Position numbers and translations under genes: made by a program | Shown here: in pieces, positions 1 to 11,647 of the stretch | Numbering within the stretch: position 1 is the first letter of the stretch | How the letters are laid out: every line of letters starts with the position of its first letter | The notes under the pieces: generated by a model | Databases searched by the model: none | The model's input: the letters and a program-made list of their open reading frames with translations, nothing else | Told to the model about the DNA's origin: nothing | Assembly (NCBI GenBank): GCA_946965045.2 | Contig: OX337236.1 | Location: forward strand, 3,410,001 to 3,474,000 | Direction of reading: 5' to 3' | Source of the DNA: Epithemia pelagica | Lineage: Eukaryota; Protista; Bacillariophyta | DNA length: 64,000 bases

Positions 1-1
1 A

Positions 2-769
2 ACGACAAGAAATGGATGTTGTGCTGTTGCGGTGCACAACCGATACATTGTTGTAATGGGTGGATGGGATGGAAGGCAAAGGTTGTCGTCGGTGGATATT
101 ATTGATACCAGGAACCACACTGTCACTCCGGGGCCAAGCATGGCTGTTCCTCGATCTTTTTGTGCCAGTGCGGTCATTGGACACCGCATCTTTGTCGTTG
201 GAGGCCAAAACACTGATGACTATCTTGACTCGGTGGAGTATTTGGACTTTGCAACACCCTCTGACAATGATGAGACAAAAAAGAAGACTGGATCAACATT
301 CATTTCCTTATCGTCCACCTGGACCACTCATTCTGATTTAGTGCTTTCCAATGCACGAAGTTCTTGTGCAATGGTTGCCGTGGGATCTTGTCTGGTTGTG
401 GCAGGAGGATGGGGCAATTCAAACGTGGAAGTCTTGGATACGAACCGCAACCGCGTGTGGAATCTTCCACCATTCGGAAATCACCGTGCTGGATGCAATA
501 TGGTGACTGTTGCCAATCAAGTTGCCGTTATAAGTGGCTTTGGCAATCTTTCCTGTGCAACATTTGGAATAATCGACAAGAATACGTGGTGTTTTCGTCG
601 TCTCTGTGAACAGCAATCGAACGGATGGTATCATTCTCTTGAAGGTACGGGTATCCATGATACTGATATGTCACCCTTTTTTTCCTCGACATCCGGGTGT
701 CTTTTGGGGGAAGGAATGAATATCCAACATGCTGATATTTCGAGCAAGGCCGGAGACACGCCGTGGTGA
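2..769 (+). CDS. Kelch-repeat protein K1, 5' part outside window (blades 3-6); rearranged C-terminal tail
   Basis: Frame is open from position 2 (TTRNGCCAVAVHNRYIVVMGG...GHRIFVVGG...CLVVAGG...VAVISG), the same framework as the other copies. The tail contains a duplicated GI/NI-x-xADIS segment and shifts frame before the usual RGDEGKD end. Confidence 0.85.
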   Translation, partial: TTRNGCCAVAVHNRYIVVMGGWDGRQRLSSVDIIDTRNHTVTPGPSMAVPRSFCASAVIGHRIFVVGGQNTDDYLDSVEYLDFATPSDNDETKKKTGSTFISLSSTWTTHSDLVLSNARSSCAMVAVGSCLVVAGGWGNSNVEVLDTNRNRVWNLPPFGNHRAGCNMVTVANQVAVISGFGNLSCATFGIIDKNTWCFRRLCEQQSNGWYHSLEGTGIHDTDMSPFFSSTSGCLLGEGMNIQHADISSKAGDTPW

Positions 770-3282
770 TGAAGGGAAGGATGGAACTTGAAATTTGCAA
801 CGTACTGCATGTATGTCCTACCATTAGCGGAACTAAAGCATTATCATTTTACTCTCAAACAGTAGTTGTATTGTTTTCTTCATGGCATTGCAACCTATAG
901 AGATATCATGTACACCGTTGTACTAGTAGAAAATGAAAGTTACACCATCCGGCATGAAACCGCAAACAGGAGTAAAGCCAGGCCTCGGGTAGATGTTCAT
1001 GGTACCATGCCTCTCTGCTGTTGAATGGGTCGAGTAATCATGCTGTGGAAGATAATGGTTGCGTGCCTGAAACACTTGGGCGCAGTGACTCGTTTGGACG
1101 GTCGTCTTCTTCCCGACCATGCGTTGAATTGTGGGGTCCGGTCCTTCTACTAGTATGGCACATGACATTACCCCATCTCTCGATGCTTGTGGTTTCGGGT
1201 GACAGGACATTTGCGAACCCTTTGGAATTTTTGTGACACCATCGTGTTCGATATTTTCTCCAATACAGCAACTATACTTGATCATGAGGTCGGCAATTTG
1301 CATGCGTCGATCCAGCAATCAGTCTCTCCGTAGTGGCTCGTTGACAGTCCATGGGTATCGGTACATGGACAATCGCAGTGCGCAAAGTTATGTCTTGCCC
1401 CTCAATGCCAGTTCCGCGGAATCCTTGTTGCACGATTGCAACACTGTCGAACAGCATTAGTGTTGGACATTGCCCACTACAACCTTTGTGCCTCGTACAG
1501 TACCAACAACAAAACCACGACCACGAATGGCGCCGATCATGTCTTGGCTGTAGTCTACTAGAACTTGTTTTGTTGTTGTTCTTCTTCTTCGTTGGATTCT
1601 GGTTGGTGTTGCTGCCTTGTCGTTCCACATCAACACCCAGCTTGAATCTTTGTATGCAGACTTGAAAGGGCGATGCGACCCTTTCCCAGAATTATTTCTT
1701 CACTCTTCACTACTCCAATCGGGCGCGTCGGAAGGGAGTTGAATAGCGTTCCATACTTCAATCCATAGTACTGCGCTCCTCGTCACCGGCGCAACTACCT
1801 CCAATGGGGCGACTTTGTGATCGATTCAGCAGGTCCTCATGTTGTCATGTCGAGAAAGGGTCCTCAATAATTGGAGACCAGACTGCCATGCAGTGCCACA
1901 ACACAAAACACAAAGGGATTTGCGTGGTCTTGTTGTTGATTCTCGTTCCACGAAAGACATGTGGATGAGGAAGCATACCATCGCCCTAGTGCTATTCTTT
2001 TTGTTGTTCTGTTCTTTGCTGCACTTCGAAAGCCAAGGTACGATTTCTAGCTTGTTGCGATGAAAGTTGTCGTTGAGTATGTTCATCTTGCTAGAGTCTT
2101 CTTTAGAGTCTTCCTCCACGGGAGACATGAGAGCAAGTCATAGCAGAAAACGCTGCCAGAAGGCGCGAAAAGGTCAATCTCCGAAACCAAAGACGGCGAC
2201 GACGGCGACAGACACATTGTTGTGCTGATGGTATCTTTTTTCGTTCGTTTCAATGGATATTCCCCCAAACTGTGATGTGGAGTCCCCCTCCCCCAAAATC
2301 TGGAGTCTCTTCCAAATCTTGGTCGCGGAATGAGGACAGGAATGGCTCGCAGGCGCGCCGACCGAGACGAACCCTGTCACTCTATCTCACAGGCGCGCCG
2401 ACCGAGACGAGCAGTTCCACTCTTTCCTCTATTCGAAAAAGGAGAGGACAATTGACAATTGCTCTCGTCGCCAAGACGACCACTCTACAATAGAACCTAC
2501 TGCCACACTCCATGGGAAACCATGGAATCGTTCGTTACGAGCAATTTATGAGACTCTGCCAGTGACGAGGCATGTACGTCTCTTCTTCCTTTTCTTGGTG
2601 AAAGACTACGAAGATTGTCGCAAGGAAAAATACCAACCATATAAAGGCGCTTCGAATGAAATGGAACAAGGGAGAACAACAACGACCATTCCACAAAAGC
2701 GGTAGCACCGAGGATGCAGAAGCGTTGACGATGCGTCATTCCTCATCCACAAAACTCCCTCTGCAAGCTTGTCTGCCTCCCCAAGACCCCACATTGATGC
2801 TGGTGGTGTACAATCGTTGTTGGTGAGACTCTCTCGATCAACCAAGTGGTCCCTCCAGTTTGTCTTCTTCGCAACAAAATCCTAACGCTACATGAGCAAC
2901 AAGAAAAGAAACCGAGCGATCCACCATGGACCAATGCAAACAGGGTGATATCGAGTACTCTTCTGATTTACCGCATTCATCCTCAAAAAGATCAGCAATG
3001 ATTGGTACATGGGATCTCGTGTTTCGTGTTAACAACATCACCATCCCATGGGTCCCTCTGTAAGAAGAGTAGTTGTGGTTATTGAAAGCAGAGGCTCGAC
3101 AAGTAAGATTGCAAAGAGATCCTCTAGTCACGAGCGCCCACGAAGAACGAAAAATCTATGGATGCAAAACACAGGGATTGAGAGAAATAGATCGGAGCCA
3201 TATACATACCAGTGGTTCTGTGTCGTTAATTTCGGTATCCAAAAACTTCTCCGAAAAGGATGCGTGGTCTGTGACAAGAACA

Positions 3283-3410
3283 GTCACGATATTTCTCTCT
3301 CCATCGATTTCGGCAAGTCAGTCGTGCTTCCAGTCCGCACCCATCAGAATCACAGGAGCACCGCAAAACCTACAATACAGTGTCCCGATCCTCATAAATT
3401 CTGCAGTTAA
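3283..3410 (+). promoter_or_regulatory. Upstream cassette A (putative promoter/5' UTR); other copies at ~11475-11632, ~19953-20120, ~40361-40520, partial at ~33443
   Basis: Conserved gtcacgat...aagtcagtcgtg(c/t)ttccagtccgca...agtgtc(t/c)cgatcc(t/c)cataaa...gcagt ends 15-25 bp before an ATG in every case. Regulatory function is inferred from position. Confidence 0.55.
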
Positions 3411-3425
3411 TATTTTGGAACAACC

Positions 3426-4186
3426 ATGAATGACTCGAATTTGGAACTCAACACCTCTTACTGGGAATACAACGCTCAATACGAACGTCAAGGACAGAGC
3501 GAAACGGTGTGGGCAGGAGATGGCCATTTTGTGGGTCAGTCATGGCTGCTAGGCGACGGCAAACAGAGTGGTGAGATGGCTGTTACCAATGATCGCCCAA
3601 CCTTGCTTTATACATGCATCCGCCACCCCTCTGGCCCAAAAGCAGGCAAGTCGATAGCCCATGAGAACCATCCTTTTGTGGCGCTCGTTCATTTGCTCGC
3701 TACGGCAGAGCCGAATTCTGAAGTATTTCTATCAGCACCATTCCTATCGGACTTTGCTGCGATAGATCAGCTCTGTCATTATGCAATGCCGACAGCTTCA
3801 AATCTAAAGATATTCATTGTTCTGGGACCATCTCCCTGGAATATTGAAAGTCTGCAGAAGTTTGTCGGCACGTATGAAAATCGGCGCGTCGCCTCCGTAT
3901 CAAGTTGTATGGCAAAGATTCGGAATTTTTCCATTCCAAAGCGGTCCTTACCAGTGCTGGAGCTATGGTTGGATCTTACAACTATACCCAAGCTTCTCGG
4001 TTGAAACACTACGAGCATGCTGTCTTATTTGATCCATCCTTCCTCCAGTACCAAGGCTTGCGAACCGAGCTCAGCCAGTTCTGGAATTCTTTGGATATAC
4101 CGGAGGTCAGCATTCCGAGAATGGATGAGCCACAGCAACAGAAAGCCGTTAGCAACCCATACAAGAAAAAGAAAGTGGAGAAGTAG
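3426..4186 (+). pseudogene. PLD-superfamily (single HKD, Nuc/Zucchini-like fold) protein split by a one-base frameshift near 3890-3895
   Basis: ORF 3426-4004 contains EVFLSAPFLSD...LKIFIVLG. The overlapping frame 3905-4186 contains FHSKAVLTSAGAMVGSYNYTQASRLKHYEHAVLF, an HxK...GSxN.T....xE pattern. Adding one C at gtcgcc|tccgt joins the frames (ENRRVALRIKLYGKDSEFFHSK). May be a true pseudogene or a sequence error. Confidence 0.7.
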
Positions 4187-6106
4187 ACATCTTGATTTCT
4201 GCGGATTTAAGCCGCGTATTGTTTAAGTGCGGGTGGCTTGTGTGAACCAAGTAGAGGTCGTGATTCGAGCAGCAGAAGTGACTTTTGTTGCAGCTGTGCC
4301 ACTGCACACTCGTCGACTATGCAGGTTGGGAACAATATTTTCCGGTCCCGATTGTCCTATAATAGGTTGCGGCTTTGGCTCGTCTCTACTAGGAAGGAGT
4401 AAATATCCTGGTTTCAAAGTATTGTACCATAAAGTAACACACAAAGACGACATGTTGCTCTCTTTACGGTGAAGAGGCACAAGGTGTCTTTTCCCTACAG
4501 ATGCTGAATGGTTTGAGTTCAGTGGACCTGCCATGATTCGAATTACGCATATAGTAGATCATGGTTCTCGGCAGCCTGAGAGAACTCAAGCGACATGTTT
4601 TTGGGCAAAGAGAACAAGTGGGAAGACGGACTGATGGTGAGCATCTTGTGCACAAGTTTCGGGTAGAACGGCCACCAAACTTTCCTCAGACTACTGGGAC
4701 AGTAGTGCTCATCGACACTCCTTTGTGAATCCAAAATTCTGTTATCGTAGCCACAGATCTCCATCCATGACAATGACACGGCATGGTTGTGGAGTACCAC
4801 ACCCAAAAGTTGGACGGACAAGACTTGTTTCCGACAAAGACTGCGCGGATTCGGACCAAGGCTTGGTGTAATCGTGAAGCTGAAAGCACACTTGCGTCAC
4901 GTTGACTGAAGAAAAGCATTCTGGTTGCCGTCGTTGCATAGACAAGGACATTGTTTAGAGCTTGTCGGGTGCTGTCAAACTAAGGACCTAGCTCCAGGCC
5001 AATAAACACCAGAGAATCGATCGAGCCACGCTCAAACTCCAATGTTTGCCGCTGCTGCTGCTACCAGGCTTGGATTCACAGTCAATATCCATGTTCGCGA
5101 TCAGTGTTTCATGTCAGAGAACACACTGGCATTGGACAAGGCCACTCTGTCATTGTCTTGTTCCTGTTCTTGCCGTTGTCCTACCACCTCTGTTTCAGAA
5201 ATTGCGGAACTGGATGTTTTTGGAATAGACCCACAAGAATGCAACTCCCGAATCTGTCAGTCACATCCTGCAATTTCCAAGGGCCTCTTTTGTTGCAACG
5301 GTGTATTTTGTCATGAGTGGTTTGACACCGTCAATTTGACATAGCCTGACACACAAAACTCTTGTACGTTCTCGACGCCAGGTGGATCCACGCGACGACT
5401 CCCCTGGTCCACTTTTTGTTCCTTGCACTCTTGTGGTTTTTAATCGAGACGACACCATCACCCATTGGAAAATGTAGCACGGGTTCTGACACCCACCTTG
5501 GCGAACGGAGGCCATTGAGCCAGTGTAATATGCGTCTGCCACAATCAATGGACCACATGCGCGAGCATATTACTGACAACCGGCCAAGACGGCACGAGAC
5601 GGATTTGCCTCTCCCAAAAGATGATGATTGATGGAGTCGGTATCAATAATGGCATAGGACCAACCTTTGCAGTCCCACCCCATCCACGTGACATTCTCGA
5701 AAGCGGTCCAAAGAAGACGAATGCAGGCATCTGCTGTTAATGCAACACGGGAAGCGCGTCACAATGGGTTCCTTCTGGTCCATCATGTCGTGGCCTTGCT
5801 TCCTTCACTATATACCCGATGCATTCAAATCATTGGATCAAGAGTCAAGAGAGGACCACTCTCTCTGTTGTTGCTGTCGTTGTGAACAGACTGTATAGGA
5901 CCAAGGAAAGAATGGTGTTCCACGAATGGCGTGGGACGAGATGACTTGGAAATTAGGGATTGTCGATCTGTGGATGTTGAATTACCAATCTGTGGACCAA
6001 TGTATCATTCAAAAGGACCTCTTCATCACTATTTGGGATATCTCGCTCTCCCTTGTTTTGTGTCGTATCATATTAATGCAGCACAAAAGATACTTTTGGG
6101 GGCTTG

Positions 6107-6126
6107 TCATGAAATCTATGTGCGAT
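6107..6126 (+). promoter_or_regulatory. Upstream cassette B core TCATGAA(A/G)TCTAT(G/A)TGCGA; other copies at 15511, 23191, 33299, 35925, 51646 and (minus) 59034-59053
   Basis: The motif occurs about 115-185 bp upstream of the ATG of K2, K4, K6, K7, K8, K10 and K11, always preceded by AAAGATAC. Function is inferred from position. Confidence 0.55.
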
Positions 6127-6261
6127 TGATTGCCCTTCACCATCGTACGCAGGACAGGCACAACTTTCCTACTCTCTCTCTCCTCTACACCTACAAGCAA
6201 CAAAGCTCGCTGTCATTTCTCGTCGACGTTGTAACAGACGTCGTTGTAAAGCGCCGTGACC

Positions 6262-7590
6262 ATGACAACGACACTGCAAAAGCAAGCATGGCTGTCGGGC
6301 CTTGTCCTGTTAGACGATGAGACACCTGAATGGAATTTCGAGGACTGGCCTCCTCTTGAGGGTGGATGGCGCTGGCATCATGCTACGGTCATAATTGATC
6401 ATCCCGATAACAACAAGGAACAAACGGTCGTCGTGTTGGGAGGTTACAGACAAGCCCCAGGTGCCACGGATTCCGTTCTTGTATTGAATCTATCGGACCC
6501 AGACAGGCAGTGGCGAGAAGGGCCACCCATGAACAAGAAACGTGGTGGACATGCCGCTGCTTTGTGCAATGGCGGCGTTTACGTAATGGGCGGATTCAAT
6601 CGAGTAACTTTGGATTGTATTGAACGAATCGATGCCAATGATTTGCTACAATCATCCTTAACAACAACCACCACGCATGAGAGTCATTGGACGACATTGA
6701 CATGTCGATTATCGACGAGAAGAAATGGATGTTGTGCTGTTGCGGTGCATGATCGATACATTGTTGTAATGGGTGGCTGTTACATTATCAGAGGAACGAT
6801 GGGGATGTGGCGCAAGACATTGACATGTCGCTTATCAACGCAACGAAGAGGATGTTGTGCTGTTGCGGTGCACAACCGATACATCGTTGTAATGGGTGGC
6901 CATAACAACGATCGTCATTTGTCGTCGGTGGATATTATAGATACAAACAACCACACTGTCACTGCGGGACCATCCATGACTGTTCCACGACAACTTTGTG
7001 GCAGTGCGGTGATTCGCCACCGCATCTTTGTCGTTGGAGGCCATGGCGAGCATGGCAATGTTGACTCGGTGGAGTACTTGGACTATGCAACACCCTGTGA
7101 CAATCATGAGACAAAGGAGCAGACTGGCTCGTCATTCATTTCTTTCTCACCCACCTGGACCACTCAGTCGGAGTTGAGGCTTTCCAATGCACGAAGCCCT
7201 TGTGCAGTGGTTGCCGTGGGATCTTGTCTGGTGGTAGTGGGACGACCCAGTCGAACCGTGGAAGTTTTGGATACGCACCGCAACCGTGTGTGGAATCTCC
7301 CTGGACTGCAAGAAGATCGTTGGGGCTGCAGTATGGTGTCTGTTGCCAATCAAGTTGCCGTGATTGGTGGATGGGAGAATCCTTCCTGTGCAACATTACC
7401 ACTACTGGATAGGAAGTCGTGGTGTTTTCGTCGACTATGTGAGCACCAATCGAACAGATGGTATCATTCTCTTGAAAATGCCGGTATCCGAGATGAAGAT
7501 ATCTCACCCTTCTTTACATCGACATCAACTCGTAAACGCGCAAGGTCCAATACTCACCGTGGTGATGAAGGGATGGATGAAGCCTACTAG
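6262..7590 (+). CDS. Kelch-repeat protein K2 (~442 aa) with internal duplication of the blade-3 N-half
   Basis: Six Kelch motifs (GG doublets, W-ending blades, R..HA/R..C). TLTCRLS..R.GCCAVAVH.RYIVVMGG occurs twice. Ends with an RKRAR tail. ATG at 6262; the track starts at an upstream GTG. Confidence 0.9.
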   Translation: MTTTLQKQAWLSGLVLLDDETPEWNFEDWPPLEGGWRWHHATVIIDHPDNNKEQTVVVLGGYRQAPGATDSVLVLNLSDPDRQWREGPPMNKKRGGHAAALCNGGVYVMGGFNRVTLDCIERIDANDLLQSSLTTTTTHESHWTTLTCRLSTRRNGCCAVAVHDRYIVVMGGCYIIRGTMGMWRKTLTCRLSTQRRGCCAVAVHNRYIVVMGGHNNDRHLSSVDIIDTNNHTVTAGPSMTVPRQLCGSAVIRHRIFVVGGHGEHGNVDSVEYLDYATPCDNHETKEQTGSSFISFSPTWTTQSELRLSNARSPCAVVAVGSCLVVVGRPSRTVEVLDTHRNRVWNLPGLQEDRWGCSMVSVANQVAVIGGWENPSCATLPLLDRKSWCFRRLCEHQSNRWYHSLENAGIRDEDISPFFTSTSTRKRARSNTHRGDEGMDEAY

Positions 7591-7848
7591 ACGTTTTGTT
7601 CTCAAGTCACTGACTTGTTTTCTATGTTCGATTGTAATCCTAGAACCTAGTAAGTGGTTTACTCAAAAGTTGAAAGATTATGTTGCAAGATAGAATGTGC
7701 TGGTTTGTTGTCAAAGGCGGGGAAGGAAGACCACATTTTTGTCTCTACATGTGGAAGAGCCACTGCCGTGGTCGTGCGGTCGTGAGACAAGAATCTGGGA
7801 CTTTGTGGTGGCATCATGGCACTTTGCAGCACACAGAGTCATCATCCA

Positions 7849-8015
7849 TGGATCACTTATTCTGATTTGGTTCTTTCCTATCCACGATGTTCTTGTGCAG
7901 TGATTGCTGTGGGATCCGGGCTGGTCGTGGCGGGACGACGACGCAATTCAACTGTGGAAACCTTTGGATACGCACCGGACCCGCGTGTGGAATCTCCCAC
8001 CCTTTGGAAATCGCC
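7849..8015 (+). pseudogene. Eroded Kelch gene fragment (blades 5-6)
   Basis: WITYSDLVLSYPRCSCAVIAVGSGLVVAGRRRNSTVE, followed by frameshifted ...cgcgtgtggaatctcccacc..ggaaatcgcc, matches the blade 5/6 DNA of the intact copies. Confidence 0.75.
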
Positions 8016-9192
8016 TTGAACACTCCGCGTCAAAATCAAAATCTAAATGAAGCACGACCAATACGCACTGTATTGAAAAAGGGAAGGATAATCCTGAATT
8101 GTACTAAAGAATAAAATCACTCATGGAATTGCAGCGTCCGGCAGAACGTGACTTTTACGAAAAGACAAAGACTATCTAGAGGTGTGCTTTGTGTTGAGTG
8201 TGTTTTTGTCGCTGTGTGAATTGCTTTGCTAGCCTTTACCAATCAGATTCAAGAGATGGTTTGGCAGAATTCGCTTTTTTTGGCTGGACTCCAAGAGTCA
8301 CAAACTAATCACTATGAATGTAGAGGACGTGCCTCATTCTTTTTTCTGACAGTTTGCTGAATATCACCAAGTTCAATCTTGTACCAAATCTCACCGTCTT
8401 CAAACTCACGGTACACAATCATGTACCAGGACTGTAGAAGGGGCGTCGCGATTTGCTGTGTCCGACTACACTCGACCGCAATCACACGACAATCTTCATA
8501 CAGCCACGTGTGTGTTTGCTGTCGTCCGTATTATTGTCATCGATGACTCGTACTTGATTCGTTTCTCCAATCACGGTAAGAAGATCAAAGCAATATGCCC
8601 TGTCCACAAATCGAGACTATACCTTCCATCGGCATGGGCATCGGTAATGAAACCCGTGTACCAATCGGGATCGACGCAAACTTGAGCAATCGAGCCGGAT
8701 ACCAACCGGGCGTCTACCACGGATTGCATGCACATGCCATCAGTAATGAATATCGAAGATGGTGCCACGATCGCCTGCACAGGTTTGAACGGCAGAACCT
8801 TGGTTGTCCAACCATCCAAGTGACATTGCGAGCAGTCGATGAGGATGATACCTTGTCAATCATTTCCAAGGCCGAACTCTCTTCTAGAGAGTTGATTGAA
8901 GACGATTCGACAGAGGACGAGCCAAGGACAACGATGCGGACGACATTGAGAAAAGAGAGATTTGTGCTTTCGCAATGAGAGATTGAATCGAGGCTTAGTC
9001 TGCGGCCTCCTTGGGAGTCTTCAAAAGCCGGTTGGTAGCAAGGTAAGGTTGGTACGGCATGACGATAGGCCGGTTCACACCAAACCGCCATTCCGACAAG
9101 AACAGTTCCATCGTTTCGCGAAGTATCCGATGCAGCACGGAGTATATGACGTATTAACCGATCAGCCAGCAATGGCAAGGCTTGTCAATGAC

Positions 9193-9825
9193 TCATGAGA
9201 AACCAGTGTCCACCATTTCCATGTCGAAAAAATCGTCCTTGGTTCTCCCTTGTCGGGTGTATGACGCAATGATGTCTGGTACATCAAGTGCCATTCGTAG
9301 GAGCGTTGTCGGTGTTGACAATGCCCAAGTAGTGCGATCCGAACGAGTCGGCAAAAAAAGTTGTCTTGCGCTGATGCGCCGCAAGTAGTAAAATCCCACG
9401 ATAGACCACCAAGGCAATCGCAGTGCCACGGCTCCAGAATTCAGAACGGCAACGGCACGGAGCAGCCACCATTGGGTGTCATTTGGCAAGAATGACTCCC
9501 CATCGAGACTTGTCGTATCTTCTTGCAGAGATTTGCAGGGTCCATGCAAACTCTCGTGCGCTCCTCGATCTGTCATTTGGGTGTTGTTGATCGTCGTTGC
9601 ATGTTGGGGCTGATCCAGGTGCCTCGCAATTGGATTGAAGGAGGCCACTTGATGGTTGTTGTCCTCAATCATCGTTTCCCGAAGAGATATGTTGGTAAAA
9701 TTGCTTGATGAGGTCAAGTCATCGTTGTCCTCGTTGTCGATGTAATGGAGTATGCCCCAGCGGGGGGTAAGTAGTCGGGTCACATGTGATGTGTGGTGCT
9801 TTTGGGTCCGAATCTCCTCATTCAC
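9193..9825 (-). other. Possible hypothetical or eroded gene; broken paralogue at ~38400-39010
   Basis: 210-codon ATG ORF. TP..RWG.L..ID..D....DDLT.S.NFTN.SL.E.MIEDNNH.VA.FNP and LPNDTQWWLLR recur in the second copy across frameshifts. No domain recognised. Confidence 0.3.
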
Positions 9826-11647
9826 TTATCCTCATGACTCCCCCCGCTGGGGGATAGAGTTCACCAAAAAGCCTGTACCTACAATCTTTAGGAGAGTAAA
9901 AGGCATTAGAAACGCTAGGAATGTTTCGTGGTGTGGAGCACAATCGAGATTTGACGAATCACACCATGTTGTGTGAACGAGACGAAACAATAATCTCCTG
10001 CAAATCGCAACCCATCACCACCAACGCAACAGAGTCTAGCATACAATAGAATGTCATTCCAACAGCAATGACCGCCTGGAAAGAACCCCTCAAGCCTCAA
10101 GTGCCTCCAATGGCTCGTCACTCGTCAGGGACGCTACTGACTGTCGTGGGTGAATCAAGATACTCCCTTTGTCATGCAATGTATCCATTGCAGGATGACG
10201 ACCACGATAGTGATGCTGATGAATGGGAAGTTTCGCAGATGCTCGGAATCCAAGCACACTTGGGTGTCCATGGCCAGTGTATACTGTCTGCGTGATTTGC
10301 CACCAACAAGGTGTGCTGACACGGTCGTCGACGGACCCATCGCGAGCTTCTCTGCCCACCACTTGGGCTATTTTTTGGGAAGCAACAAGAAGACTGGAGC
10401 CTTTATTGCGTGGTTGTATATAGTCCATGACATTGCTGTGATGGATGCTGCAAATGTCAAGCAGATCATGACAGCAATGTGCTCCACCGCTCATTACAAT
10501 CAGCAGCCGGAACAATGCGTAACTTTCATTGCTGTTCGGGAATTTTCCTTTCATGCTTCAGCCTTCTTTCTCTTGCCAAAGAATTCTGCAGCAAGGACTC
10601 TTTTTCTCATTCACAAGTTTCGTGGTGGGGGCCATCACGAAAAACGTCATTTGGTCCACAACGCAATGATGGCCAGGCCAATTTGGTTCGAACCCACCAT
10701 CATTGCCTTGTTGTTTTGGATTCGAAACAAGCCTTGGTTCTTGCTGGCAATAAGCAACATGCCATTGTCCTGCAGAGTTGTGAGGCAGTGACAGCTATCA
10801 GTGCAGTTGCAATGATGAGAGCAACAGTCGGGGCAGGGAGAATGACCACCAAGTGCTAGGATCCATCATCCAGCACAGCACGAACAACGTCTCTGCAGAG
10901 AAGTCGACCATTTTTTCTCGACAACTCTAGAGAGAAATCTCAAGATCAAGGTCCTCCGTTTGCGACAGAAGAGCTTTCATAGAGTCCGCTCAAGGTGCAG
11001 ACGTTGATTGTGAGAAATGGTCGAGTCATTGTTTGTTACTCTGAAACGACCAAGCGTTCCCTCCCGTTTGTCGTTTTACCAACAAGATTCTAACATCATA
11101 TCAGCAACCAGAAACGAACACGAGCGATCCACCTGGCCAAAACAATCATGATGGAAGGGTATCCTCTGTTGGTTTACAGGCCGAGGAAAAATGTTCCGCA
11201 GTGATTGAAATTCTTGTTTCGTGGAATCCACTTCGCCATCCCTATGGTCCCTTTGTAAGAAGTGTAGTTGTGGTTATCCAAAGGAAAAGCTCAAAAAAGT
11301 AGAATTCCAGAGAGATCCTCTGTAGTCATGAGAGCTTACGAAGAACCTATGAATGCAACACAGGGAAAGAGAGAGGCCATACATATCAGTGTTTGTCTGT
11401 CTGCCATGGTATCCAAAAACTTTTCCACGATACTCCCAAGAAGAATGCGTGGTCTTGTTCATTGCGTGGCTACGGTCACGATTTGTCTCGTGACGAAAGC
11501 GACCCATCTTTGGTCCATCTATTTCGTGAAGTCAGTCGTGCTTCCAGTCCGCACCCATCAGCATCACAACAGCAGAGCAACCCTACGTGCCTGTTACAAT
11601 ACAGTGTCTCGATCCTCATAAAATCCGCAGTCGAAACGTTTGCAACA

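Noticed and set aside
2350-2410. 21-bp direct repeat caggcgcgccgaccgagacga (period 40 bp)
   Set aside because: The paralogue at ~55545 has a single copy, so this looks like a local slippage duplication with no further structure.
3872-3904. GTATG...CAAG as an intron repairing the PLD-like gene
   Set aside because: It is 33 nt, a multiple of three, so it cannot correct the frameshift, and it is shorter than the introns seen in the YR gene.
7410-7450. C-terminal SWCFRRLCEQ of the Kelch proteins as a SOCS/BC-box (Elongin-binding) motif
   Set aside because: Only a partial match: no S/T/P-L start, the final hydrophobic position is S/P/Q, and there is no cullin box. Not supportable without profile searches.
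11393-11647. Long N-terminal extensions of Kelch ORFs in the track (also 15513, 19487, 23214, 33301)
   Set aside because: The extensions differ between copies, run through the shared upstream cassettes and are frame-broken in paralogues. The family consistently starts at M(T/P/A)TTL(K/R/Q).
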